36,254 bases of DNA from Thermoplasmatota archaeon (GTDB lineage: Archaea > Thermoplasmatota > Penumbrarchaeia > Penumbrarchaeales > Penumbrarchaeaceae): contig JARVGK010000031.1 of assembly GCA_029762535.1 (NCBI GenBank), positions 1 through 36,254 on the forward strand. The letters run 5' to 3'. Positions 18,625-27,447 of the stretch are shown here, piece after piece (the stretch's first letter is position 1; each line of letters starts with the position of its first letter). Under the pieces are notes generated by a model. It was given only the letters and a program-made list of their open reading frames with translations, was not told where the DNA came from and ran no database searches. Position numbers and translations under genes: made by a program.

Positions 18625-20416
18625 ATACATATCGATCGGCATGAACTCCTGCGGGATCGCCGCAGGGGCGAAGGATACGTATCAAGCGCTTGTGAAGGGG
18701 TTGAAGGAGAGGTCGCTCGACATACCCATCAAAGTCGTGGGATGCGCCGGAATGTGCTACAGGGAGCCCCTCGTCGATGTGGTCGAGGGGTCCGGTATAA
18801 CGGGTTACGGCGGCGTGACGGCGGACAATGTGGAGAGGATCATAGAGGAGCACATCGTGAAAGGTTCCCAGGTTCAGGACCTGATGGTGAAGAAGGCCTC
18901 CAGGTCAGATCCTGACGATATCAGATGGGACATGGACATGTTCTTCAAGAAGCAGAAGAAGATAGTCCTTGAGAACTCCGGCATCATCGATCCGGAGCAG
19001 ATATCCGAATACATGGACAGAGGTGGATATCATGGCCTTCGAAAGGCCCTCTCGATGGCGCCGCCCGAGGTGGTATCAGAGGTGGATAGGTCCGGATTGA
19101 GGGGCAGAGGGGGGGCTGGTTTCCCCACCGGACTCAAGTGGAAGATAACAATGGAGGCCAAGGCGAACAAGAAGTATGTGATATGCAACGCCGACGAAGG
19201 CGATCCGGGGGCGTTCATGGACCGCAACGTCCTCGAGGGGGATCCCCACAGGGTGATCGAGGGGATGACCATCGGGGCATATGCCGTGGGCTCGGACGAG
19301 GGATACATCTACTGCAGGGCCGAGTATCCCCTGGCGATCAAGCGCCTCAGCATAGCCATAGACCAGGCCAAGGAGAAGGGATTCCTCGGGAAGAACATAC
19401 TCGGTAGCGACTTCTCCTTCGACATACACATCAAGGAAGGGGCCGGTGCTTTCGTATGCGGCGAGGAGACCGCCTTGATGAATTCCATCGAGGGTAAGCG
19501 GGGCATGCCCAGGCCCAGGCCCCCATACCCCTCCGAAAAGGGCCTTTTCGGCGCATCGACGATGATAAACAATGTGGAGACATGGGCGAACGTCCCCTGG
19601 ATAATGCGAAAGGGGGCCGATAGATACGCCGAGTTCGGCGTCGACAGGAGCAAGGGGACGAAGGTGTTCGCCCTGGCAGGAAAGGTGAGAAGGGGAGGGA
19701 ACGTGGAAGTGCCCATGGGCATGCCCATAAGGGAGATCCTCTACGATATAGCCGGAGGCTCCAGCACGGATAGGGATATCAAGGCCGTGCAGTTCGGGGG
19801 CCCCTCGGGCGGCTGCCTCCCATCCACGCTGTTCGACACTCCGGTAACGTATGAGGACCTGACCAAGACTGGCGCGATCGTTGGCAGCGGAGGTATGGTG
19901 GTGATGGACGAGGGAACGTGCATGGTCGATATAGCCCGTTTCTTCCTGGATTTCACCGTCAAGGAATCCTGCGGAAAATGCACGTTCTGCAGGCTTGGGA
20001 CCAGGAGGATGTGGGAGATTCTCGACAGGATATCCGAGGGGAAGGGCAGGGAGGAGGACGTATCTGCCCTCGAATCGTTGGCATATGATGTCAAGGCCGG
20101 ATCGTTGTGCGGTCTGGGCCAGACCGCGCCCAACCCGGTCCTGACCACCCTTCGGTACTTCAAGGATGAGTTCATGTCCCACGTCAACGACAAGGAATGC
20201 CCGGCGCACGTCTGCAAACCGTTAATGAGATTCAATATTACTGATCGGTGCGTGGGCTGCACCGCCTGCGCAAGGGTCTGCCCTGTGAAGGCCATCAGCG
20301 GGGAGGTCAAATTGATGCACGTCATAGATCAGGAGGCCTGCATAAAATGCGGATCCTGCGTACAGGCCTGCAAGTTCAAGGCGATTGAGATCACCGGGAT
20401 AAAGGAGGTGGCCTGA
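18617..20416 (+). CDS. NuoF/HydB-like FMN/NAD-binding subunit with N-terminal 2Fe-2S and C-terminal 2x[4Fe-4S] domains (StnB/BfuB-like)
   Basis: SGLRGRGGAGFPTGLKW, CNADEGDPGAFMDR, GAFVCGEETAL, GGPSGG, ESCGKCTFCRLG, SLCGLG and two CxxCxxCxxxC motifs. ATG 18617 follows GAGGTG. Confidence 0.92.
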   Translation: MIEYISIGMNSCGIAAGAKDTYQALVKGLKERSLDIPIKVVGCAGMCYREPLVDVVEGSGITGYGGVTADNVERIIEEHIVKGSQVQDLMVKKASRSDPDDIRWDMDMFFKKQKKIVLENSGIIDPEQISEYMDRGGYHGLRKALSMAPPEVVSEVDRSGLRGRGGAGFPTGLKWKITMEAKANKKYVICNADEGDPGAFMDRNVLEGDPHRVIEGMTIGAYAVGSDEGYIYCRAEYPLAIKRLSIAIDQAKEKGFLGKNILGSDFSFDIHIKEGAGAFVCGEETALMNSIEGKRGMPRPRPPYPSEKGLFGASTMINNVETWANVPWIMRKGADRYAEFGVDRSKGTKVFALAGKVRRGGNVEVPMGMPIREILYDIAGGSSTDRDIKAVQFGGPSGGCLPSTLFDTPVTYEDLTKTGAIVGSGGMVVMDEGTCMVDIARFFLDFTVKESCGKCTFCRLGTRRMWEILDRISEGKGREEDVSALESLAYDVKAGSLCGLGQTAPNPVLTTLRYFKDEFMSHVNDKECPAHVCKPLMRFNITDRCVGCTACARVCPVKAISGEVKLMHVIDQEACIKCGSCVQACKFKAIEITGIKEVA

Positions 20417-23344
20417 ATGGTGAAGGTCATCGTTGATGGCAGGGAGTTCGATCTCCCCGACGACCAACCGATATTATCGGGTTTGAGAGAACAGGGCGAG
20501 CACATGCCCGGGATGTGTCTGAACCCGGAGTTGGACCCTTTCGGGTCCTGCAGGCTCTGCCTGATCGACGTGAAGGGAAGGAAGATAACGGCATGCTCGA
20601 CCCTGCCGTCGGAGGGAATGGAGCTGACGACCATCAGCCCGGAGATATCCGGTCTCAGAAGGACCGCGCTCGAGCTGATGCTGTCGGACCATTACGGCGA
20701 CTGTATAGGCCCGTGCCAGAAGGGATGTCCCGCCCACAGCGACGTACAGGGATATCTGGCCCTCATCGCCAACGGAAGGATACACGAGGCCGTCAAGCTC
20801 ATGAAGGAAAGGTACATACTCCCGGCGACGCTCGGCAGGGTCTGCCCAGCCTTCTGCGAGGAGGAGTGCAGGAGGAAGCTTGTGGAGGGCCCGGTAGCCA
20901 TAAGGCAGCTCAAACGCTACGCCGCGGACGAGGACCTCAAGGATCCATGGATGCCGGAGATCCCGCCGGCGACAGGCAGGAAGGTCGCCGTTGTGGGGGG
21001 AGGCCCGGCCGGGCTCTCCAACGCCTTCTACCTGAGGTCCATGGGCCATGATGTGACGATATTCGAGGCCATGCCCAAGCTCGGAGGCTGGACCCGGTAC
21101 GGGATCCCCCGCTACAGGCTGCCCAAGGATGTCCTGGACCGGGACATCGCGACGGTCATCGATACAGGGATCGATGTTAGATGCTCCACGAGGCTCGGTA
21201 AGGATGTGGCCCTGGACGATCTTTCGCGGCAATACGACGCGGTCTTCCTGGGCATAGGCGCCTGGAAAGGGAGGGCCATGGGAGTTGAAGGGGAGGACCT
21301 CCCCGGCGTATTCCAGGGTATAGACTTCCTCTCAAGGGTCAATCAGGGGGAGGGGATCGATCTCGGAAAGAGGGTGGTGGTCGTCGGTGGCGGTAACACT
21401 GCCATGGACGTGGCAAGGACGTGCCGAAGGCTGGGATGCGAGGTGACGCTGACCTACAGGAGGTCCGAGGACGAGATGCCCGCGGCCAGGATAGAGATAG
21501 AGGAGGCGAAGGAGGAGGGGATATGCTTCATGCTCCTTTGCAACCCCGTGAAGGTAATTGGCAATGACAGGCTGGAGAAGCTTGAGTTGATCGCCATGGA
21601 GCTCGGCGATCCCGACGCGAGCGGAAGGAGGAGGCCGGTGCCGAAGGAGTGCTCGGAGTTCACCCTGGACGCGGACAGCCTCATACTGGCGATAGGGCAG
21701 TACAACGATGACGATGAGATGAAGCGTCTCGGCGTGGGCGTCCGCAAGGGTCTGCTGGAGGTGGATAGAACGACGCTTCGGACCACCTATCCCAACGTGT
21801 TCGCCGGCGGGGACGCGGTCCTTGGCCCATCGACCGTCATCGAGTCCATCGAGCAGGGCAGGCGTGGGGCCCTGATGATGGACATGTTCATGAAGGGAAA
21901 ATTGGAGACGGTCAAGAAGGTCCTTGAGCGTCCGGGTGAGCATGTGGCAGAGACGGTACAGGATAGCGAGATCGCCTCGATGTTGATGGACCTCAAGCCC
22001 TACGATCACTGGAAGAACGTGACCGAGGCGGACTACGAGCACATCGAAAGGTCCCCGCGACGCAAAGCACCCATAATGGATCCGGACACCAGGTCGGGGA
22101 CCTTCTCGGAGGTCGAGGGTTCATTCGACGAGGATTCGGCCAGGGCCGAGGTGATGCGCTGCATGTCCTGCGGATGCATGGACGTTTTCGAGTGCAAGCT
22201 CAGGGAGTATTCCACCATCTACGGAGCGGACCAGTACAGATTCGGGGAAGGCAGGACCAAGGTCGATATCGATCTCTCCCACCCTCAGATCGTACTCGAC
22301 AAGAACAAATGCGTGCTGTGCGGACAGTGCGTCAACCACACGCAGGATGTCGTCGGGGAGGGCGTACTGGACTTCTGCAACCGAGGCGTCGAGACCGTGG
22401 TCTCCCCTCCGCCGGGAAAAGGGCTCTCCGACATGTCCGGTGTTATGATGAGTGACATGATCGATGTATGTCCGACCGGTGCGTTCTCCGAGAACACGCC
22501 CCATCGCAAACCGGGGCCCTGGAACACTCGGACGGTCCGCTCCATATGCAGCGGATGCGGAGTTGGATGCGAGATGGGGCTCGAGGTATACGATAGCGAT
22601 ATCGTCAGGGCCAGGTCGATACCGGATACTTGGAACAGGGGCCACCTATGCGATCCCGGAAGGTTCGAGAGGATCTGGGCCATTTCCCATAGCGGACCGA
22701 AAGTTCGCGACGGGGATTCCTACAGGTCCATCTCTCCCGATAAGGCATCTTCCATATTCCTCGAAAGGTCCAAGGGAATGGCGATCGTACTTGGCGGGGA
22801 CGTGACCCTTGAGGAGGCTGAGATGTTCAGGTCCATCGCCGTGGAGAAGGGGATCCCGATCGGTTCCACTGCCGAAGAGGGGCTATCGACGGCCACATAC
22901 ATGGATATCAGCCGTTCCAGGTCCATCTATTTGGCATTGGATGTCAATGGATATCCCGTGCTGAAACCCTTCCTGAACGAGGCGATAAGGCGCGGGGCGT
23001 CGATCGTGATGAGCGAGGAGGAGGCCGATATGATCATCGCGGAGGCCCCCTACGTTCCGGGTGAGAAGAAGGCGCTGGTCATGCACAGGGGGCTCAACGA
23101 TGCCGGATTGCTCCAGATGGGCATAAAGGGCATCCCGAAGGCCGACTCCTACCTGTTCGTGGGGGCCCAGCGCGATGAGCTGCTGGGGTACACGATCGCC
23201 CTGGGCCACAGCGAGATCGCGGATATGGTCCTGCCCTATCCCTCCTTCGCCAACAGGTCCGGGAGCATCGTCAATTCCGGGCTCATCAAGCTTACAAAAA
23301 AGGGACTGGTAGAGTCGGATATCAGAGCCTACCTGCCTTTTTGA
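20417..23344 (+). CDS. GltD/NfnB-like FAD/NADPH oxidoreductase fused to NuoG/FdhA-type Fe-S domains (StnC/NfnA/NsoC-like)
   Basis: N-terminal 2Fe-2S (CRLC, TAC), PCQKGCP, LGRVCPAFCEEEC, VVGGGPAG, GGGNTAMD...YRRS (NADP-type), RCMSCGC, KCVLCGQCV and ICSGCGVGC...HLC, then a short degenerate molybdopterin-like remainder. Confidence 0.88.
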   Translation: MVKVIVDGREFDLPDDQPILSGLREQGEHMPGMCLNPELDPFGSCRLCLIDVKGRKITACSTLPSEGMELTTISPEISGLRRTALELMLSDHYGDCIGPCQKGCPAHSDVQGYLALIANGRIHEAVKLMKERYILPATLGRVCPAFCEEECRRKLVEGPVAIRQLKRYAADEDLKDPWMPEIPPATGRKVAVVGGGPAGLSNAFYLRSMGHDVTIFEAMPKLGGWTRYGIPRYRLPKDVLDRDIATVIDTGIDVRCSTRLGKDVALDDLSRQYDAVFLGIGAWKGRAMGVEGEDLPGVFQGIDFLSRVNQGEGIDLGKRVVVVGGGNTAMDVARTCRRLGCEVTLTYRRSEDEMPAARIEIEEAKEEGICFMLLCNPVKVIGNDRLEKLELIAMELGDPDASGRRRPVPKECSEFTLDADSLILAIGQYNDDDEMKRLGVGVRKGLLEVDRTTLRTTYPNVFAGGDAVLGPSTVIESIEQGRRGALMMDMFMKGKLETVKKVLERPGEHVAETVQDSEIASMLMDLKPYDHWKNVTEADYEHIERSPRRKAPIMDPDTRSGTFSEVEGSFDEDSARAEVMRCMSCGCMDVFECKLREYSTIYGADQYRFGEGRTKVDIDLSHPQIVLDKNKCVLCGQCVNHTQDVVGEGVLDFCNRGVETVVSPPPGKGLSDMSGVMMSDMIDVCPTGAFSENTPHRKPGPWNTRTVRSICSGCGVGCEMGLEVYDSDIVRARSIPDTWNRGHLCDPGRFERIWAISHSGPKVRDGDSYRSISPDKASSIFLERSKGMAIVLGGDVTLEEAEMFRSIAVEKGIPIGSTAEEGLSTATYMDISRSRSIYLALDVNGYPVLKPFLNEAIRRGASIVMSEEEADMIIAEAPYVPGEKKALVMHRGLNDAGLLQMGIKGIPKADSYLFVGAQRDELLGYTIALGHSEIADMVLPYPSFANRSGSIVNSGLIKLTKKGLVESDIRAYLPF

Positions 23345-23404
23345 TGAACGAACGGGTCGATCTTATCATCCATAGGGCCATATAACATAAGGAGCCGTTG
23401 GGAA

Positions 23405-24235
23405 ATGGAGTGCATATTCGCAAGCGATCTGCATGGAAGGAAGGAAAGGTACGACGCCCTCTTTAGGTCCATAGGCGAGATCGCTCCTCAAGCGGTGTTC
23501 CTGGGCGGGGATCTCCTGCCAAGGACGGGCGACGTGGTCCTGTTCATAGAGGAGATGATGGACAGGATAGACGAACTGCGATCGTCATCGTCACCATGTG
23601 AAGTGTACGTTATACTCGGCAACGACGATCCCAAACAGTACGAGGGCGAGTTCATCAGGGCCGATAGGGAAGGCAAGATACATTACGCCCACCAGCGGAG
23701 ATTCGAACTCGGCGGATACGTCATCAGGGGCTATTCACATGTACCTCCCTCGCCGTTCCTCCTCAAGGACTGGGAGAAGTACGACGTATCGCGATATGTG
23801 GATCCCGGCTGCGTCCCCCCCGAGGAGGGGATCTTCACCACGGATGTGGACAGGGGGGCGATACCACACACCACGATCAAGGGAGACCTATCGCCCCTCA
23901 TCAGGGATCCGGACATGCACAGGACGATAATGCTGTTCCACGCACCGCCATATGGAACATCTCTTGACATGGCGAACATCGGCGGGAAGATGATAGACCA
24001 CGTACCGCTGGACCCCCACGTCGGTTCGATAGCGATAAAAGAGTTCATCGAGTCGGCCTCTCCGCTGCTCACACTTCACGGCCATATCCACGAGTCCGCG
24101 ACCCTCACGGGGTCCTGGCGGGAAGAGATCGGAAAAACGACCTGCCTTTCCGCGGCCTATGAAGGCAAGGGCCTGGCACTTGTACGTTTCGACACGGAGC
24201 AGTTGGGATCAGCCACGAGGGGGATCATTTCCTGA
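23405..24235 (+). CDS. Calcineurin-like (Icc-related) metallophosphoesterase
   Basis: Motifs SDLHG, LGGDL, GNDD, FHAPP and HGHIHE. Confidence 0.88.
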   Translation: MECIFASDLHGRKERYDALFRSIGEIAPQAVFLGGDLLPRTGDVVLFIEEMMDRIDELRSSSSPCEVYVILGNDDPKQYEGEFIRADREGKIHYAHQRRFELGGYVIRGYSHVPPSPFLLKDWEKYDVSRYVDPGCVPPEEGIFTTDVDRGAIPHTTIKGDLSPLIRDPDMHRTIMLFHAPPYGTSLDMANIGGKMIDHVPLDPHVGSIAIKEFIESASPLLTLHGHIHESATLTGSWREEIGKTTCLSAAYEGKGLALVRFDTEQLGSATRGIIS

Positions 24236-27200
24236 ACGTGAGCTTCCTGGCGGGGTTGTAGACGGAGCCTATGTGGGAGGCCCATGATGTCTTGTTGGCG
24301 ATATCGCCATGAGTGACGACATGGACATCCAGGAGGCATCCGGACCGGATCCCGGTCCTATAGAAATTCTCCTCGTCGAGCCTCTCTCCCCATTCCCTGA
24401 AATATTCCAGGAGCCTCTCCTCCTGCTCCCGTTTGCCGTTGAAAACAACTATCAGATCGATGTCGGAACCTGGACCGGCCTTGTTCTCCTTGACGCTGCC
24501 GACTAGGTATATCTCCTCTATGCCCATGGTCTTACGATCTATATCGGATAGAACATCATCGAGCCTCTCCATCCTCCACGAGTTATGATCGGGTGTGGCG
24601 AGGTATCCCATCGCCTTTATCGATTCCCCATCCATTACAACCGACAGAGATCCCCCGGAGGAGATGTCGGAGGTCCTGATCAGCCTTACAACTTCTTTGT
24701 GTCCATTCGATATCTGTACGTGCTCGTGGAGGCGGTTCTCCGAGATGCCCAGCAGCTGTTCGTTAAGATAGCCTCCTTCCTCGTCAGGGTACAGGGGAAG
24801 GTATTGTATGCCCGCCTCCACGAGGTCCTGGAAGAAATGGGTGCCGAAGGAAAGGTCCGGAACGTATCCTCCCTTGCTCCTTGCGATCTCTATGAGCAGG
24901 CATGTATTATTGATATCACCGTACTGGACCGGGACCCCGAGCTTTATGTCTCCCCTGCTGCCCCATCTTCCAGGCCCCATGAGGAGGAACCGCTTCTTCG
25001 GCAGAGCCGAGTTCAACCTGGAAACGATGCCCGCAACGGCGTTCATCTCCTCCCTGCTATCCAGCTTCTCATATGCCTCAGGGTCCACGTACACGATCCA
25101 ATCGATGTTCTTTATAAGTCCCGATGTGACGTATCTGGCGGCCCGGAAGAGAACGTTCTTCTCCAGAACATCCGTTGGAAGTGAGATCTTCTCCGATATC
25201 ATGCCTCGCGTCTGGGGCCTGCACTGGAGAATGTACAGGCTCGATCCGTCGTGGGCGAACTCGATATCAACTGGCGTCCTCAATCTATCCTTCAATAGCG
25301 TCATTACCTTCTTCATCTGCCTGATGAACGGCGTCCTCTCCACTATGCCGTTGAAGGTCACCACCGGCTGCCTTTGATCGGTTCCCAGTATGACCCCTTT
25401 CGGGTCCACGATCCCCCCTTCCGCGTGGAACGATATCATCTTCTCGAGGTCGGGATACGAGGACGAATTGGCCCTTATCATGTCCTCTATCCTTATGGTA
25501 TCTATGGTCTTTGACCCCATGTTGATGACGTCCATGAATACCTGCGAGTATCTGGCGATGTCCTCCGTGCTGGTGTTAACCCTTATCATGGGCTTCATCG
25601 GGGATATGAGTAGTGGATAATCGTTCGATACCCGATCCACCGCTCTGGTACCCAAACCCATCACCATTCTAAGTATCCCGTCCTGCCTGTTGATCCTTGC
25701 GGACCACCGGAACTCGTTATTGGTAAGGGCCACTCCAGCGAAGCTCGGGGTGAAATAGGGCCCGATGCGGTTGCCCACCACCTCCTGGATCAGGACGCCC
25801 ATGTTCTCAGAAAGGTCCAGAAGTCCCCTCTCCCTTCTGTATTCGATCGGGTTCGGTCCGAACGTGGACGCCCATACCTCCGCTATGGCGTCCATCAACG
25901 CGTTCAACCTCTCATCGTCCGTTCCCGTATTGCACAGGAACAGGCTTTTGTACTTGCCCGAGAAGGCCGCCCCGTAACTGTCCTCGAGATGGCTTGAGGA
26001 CCTGACGATTATCGGCCGGTCCTTGATCTCCCTGAGCACGTCCCTGAGCTGATTGAGTATCTCTGACGGGAACATGCCGTTCTTGAACAGCTGCTCCAGG
26101 AAGGGCTGCTCCTTCCTGATCTCGTTCGGGTCCATGTATTTGATCTGGACGACCTCGTCCAAGGCGTTCTCGTGTATGAACTCCCTCATCGCCCCCGTGC
26201 TCATGTACCAGCTGCGGGGGAACCTGATGGACCCGATGTCCTCATCTCTCCCCATCTCCTTTTTGATTATTCTTTCTATGAGAAAGACCATCGATGATTT
26301 TCCTCCGAGGCCTCCGACCCCTTCGTAATGGCCTATGAACCTGTGGGCCATCTGGTGGAAATCCTCTATCTCCAGGTAATCCTTGGCGACGTTGAGGTAT
26401 TCTGGCCTGTCGTTGAGGAAGCGTCTTATGAGATTCGTGACGATCGTGCGTTTCATCTCCTCGGGTATGATGCGATCGCCGACGGGTATCCGCATGTAAT
26501 TGTCGAGTGCGGATTGCACCTCCTTGAGCGAGATCTTTCCCTGCTCGGAAACCAGAAGCAGGGGCCTGGCCTTGTTCTCCTTCAGCCATCTGACCAGAAG
26601 GTCCATGATCTCGGACGATGTGAGATGCTTCGAGGCGACGTCGAAAAGGCCCTGCTGTACCTGAATAAGCGACTGCATATCGAACCTCGGGTTCGGAATG
26701 TTGGAACCCAGCTGTTCATCCTCCTCCGAAGAGGACGGCTTCAATATCGCCAATAGGCTCTCTAGGCTCTCCTCCTTGAGCCTTGCGAGATGGTACATCA
26801 TCTTCCTGCTGATCATGAGATATGTCTGCGGATCGGTCTTGTTGAGAATGTCGATTATCAGCCTCCACTCCTCTCCAGGTGTCGAAGCAGGACCGATCAT
26901 ATTCTTAAGGCTCGCACCTTTGGCGGATAGCAGCCTCTTCATCTGATCGACATAGCTTCTCACCTCCGCCTCGCTGTAGTACTGGCTGACGTACTTCGAT
27001 ACGTTCTCCGATACAACGCGTAGCAGTTTCCCCTCCTCTTTCAGGAAAGGACCTATGTCCCTTTTCGGCTTTTTCTTGTGATAGTTGACCCTTATTTCGC
27101 CTACGCTCTTCCCGCCCTGCATTATCGCTCCGGATAGGGACCATTCGGTCTGAGCATGTCCGGGCGTCTGATATGATCTGGGGCCAAGGGTGATGCCGGC

Positions 27201-27419
27201 CGTCGCGATCTCCGGATACATCATGGCCTGTGGCAGGATCTCCACTATCATCTGCATCGTCCTGTCTATGTCCACGCCCTCGTTCTCGATGATCTCCGCC
27301 ACTTGGTATATGCAGTTGAGCTCCTTGAGTCTCTCCCTCAGCTGGCTGTCCTTTTCGGCGAGCTCCCTGTCCAGATGGCCCATCTTTACGTTCTTTGCGG
27401 TCTTCGTCGCCTTTTTCAT
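24225..27419 (-). CDS. GAF-like + PEP-synthase-like ATP-grasp + GTHFF domain + C-terminal Pol-beta-type nucleotidyltransferase protein
   Basis: LRERLKELNCIY...YPEI...GPFLKEE (GAF-like segment typical of sensor kinases); GGLGGKS, IVRSSSHLED...FSGKYKS, DIEFAH...LQCRPQ; GPGRWGS, LSFGTHFFQDL; IYLVGSV...GSDIDLIV...DVHVV. Confidence 0.85.
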   Translation of the reverse strand: MKKATKTAKNVKMGHLDRELAEKDSQLRERLKELNCIYQVAEIIENEGVDIDRTMQMIVEILPQAMMYPEIATAGITLGPRSYQTPGHAQTEWSLSGAIMQGGKSVGEIRVNYHKKKPKRDIGPFLKEEGKLLRVVSENVSKYVSQYYSEAEVRSYVDQMKRLLSAKGASLKNMIGPASTPGEEWRLIIDILNKTDPQTYLMISRKMMYHLARLKEESLESLLAILKPSSSEEDEQLGSNIPNPRFDMQSLIQVQQGLFDVASKHLTSSEIMDLLVRWLKENKARPLLLVSEQGKISLKEVQSALDNYMRIPVGDRIIPEEMKRTIVTNLIRRFLNDRPEYLNVAKDYLEIEDFHQMAHRFIGHYEGVGGLGGKSSMVFLIERIIKKEMGRDEDIGSIRFPRSWYMSTGAMREFIHENALDEVVQIKYMDPNEIRKEQPFLEQLFKNGMFPSEILNQLRDVLREIKDRPIIVRSSSHLEDSYGAAFSGKYKSLFLCNTGTDDERLNALMDAIAEVWASTFGPNPIEYRRERGLLDLSENMGVLIQEVVGNRIGPYFTPSFAGVALTNNEFRWSARINRQDGILRMVMGLGTRAVDRVSNDYPLLISPMKPMIRVNTSTEDIARYSQVFMDVINMGSKTIDTIRIEDMIRANSSSYPDLEKMISFHAEGGIVDPKGVILGTDQRQPVVTFNGIVERTPFIRQMKKVMTLLKDRLRTPVDIEFAHDGSSLYILQCRPQTRGMISEKISLPTDVLEKNVLFRAARYVTSGLIKNIDWIVYVDPEAYEKLDSREEMNAVAGIVSRLNSALPKKRFLLMGPGRWGSRGDIKLGVPVQYGDINNTCLLIEIARSKGGYVPDLSFGTHFFQDLVEAGIQYLPLYPDEEGGYLNEQLLGISENRLHEHVQISNGHKEVVRLIRTSDISSGGSLSVVMDGESIKAMGYLATPDHNSWRMERLDDVLSDIDRKTMGIEEIYLVGSVKENKAGPGSDIDLIVVFNGKREQEERLLEYFREWGERLDEENFYRTGIRSGCLLDVHVVTHGDIANKTSWASHIGSVYNPARKLTFRK

Positions 27420-27447
27420 ATATGATCTTCCCCTCCACGACCGTGTC

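Noticed and set aside
19076-20209. 377-aa minus-strand ORF and other long antisense ORFs over the oxidoreductase genes
   Set aside because: Shadow ORFs opposite GC3-rich genes with strong motifs; no recognisable domain or RBS.
18094-23344. Respiratory complex I, glutamate synthase or formate dehydrogenase (including Sec read-through at the TGA at 23342)
   Set aside because: No membrane Nuo subunits and no GltB. The molybdopterin-like part is short and degenerate, a second TGA follows immediately, and the next gene is unrelated.
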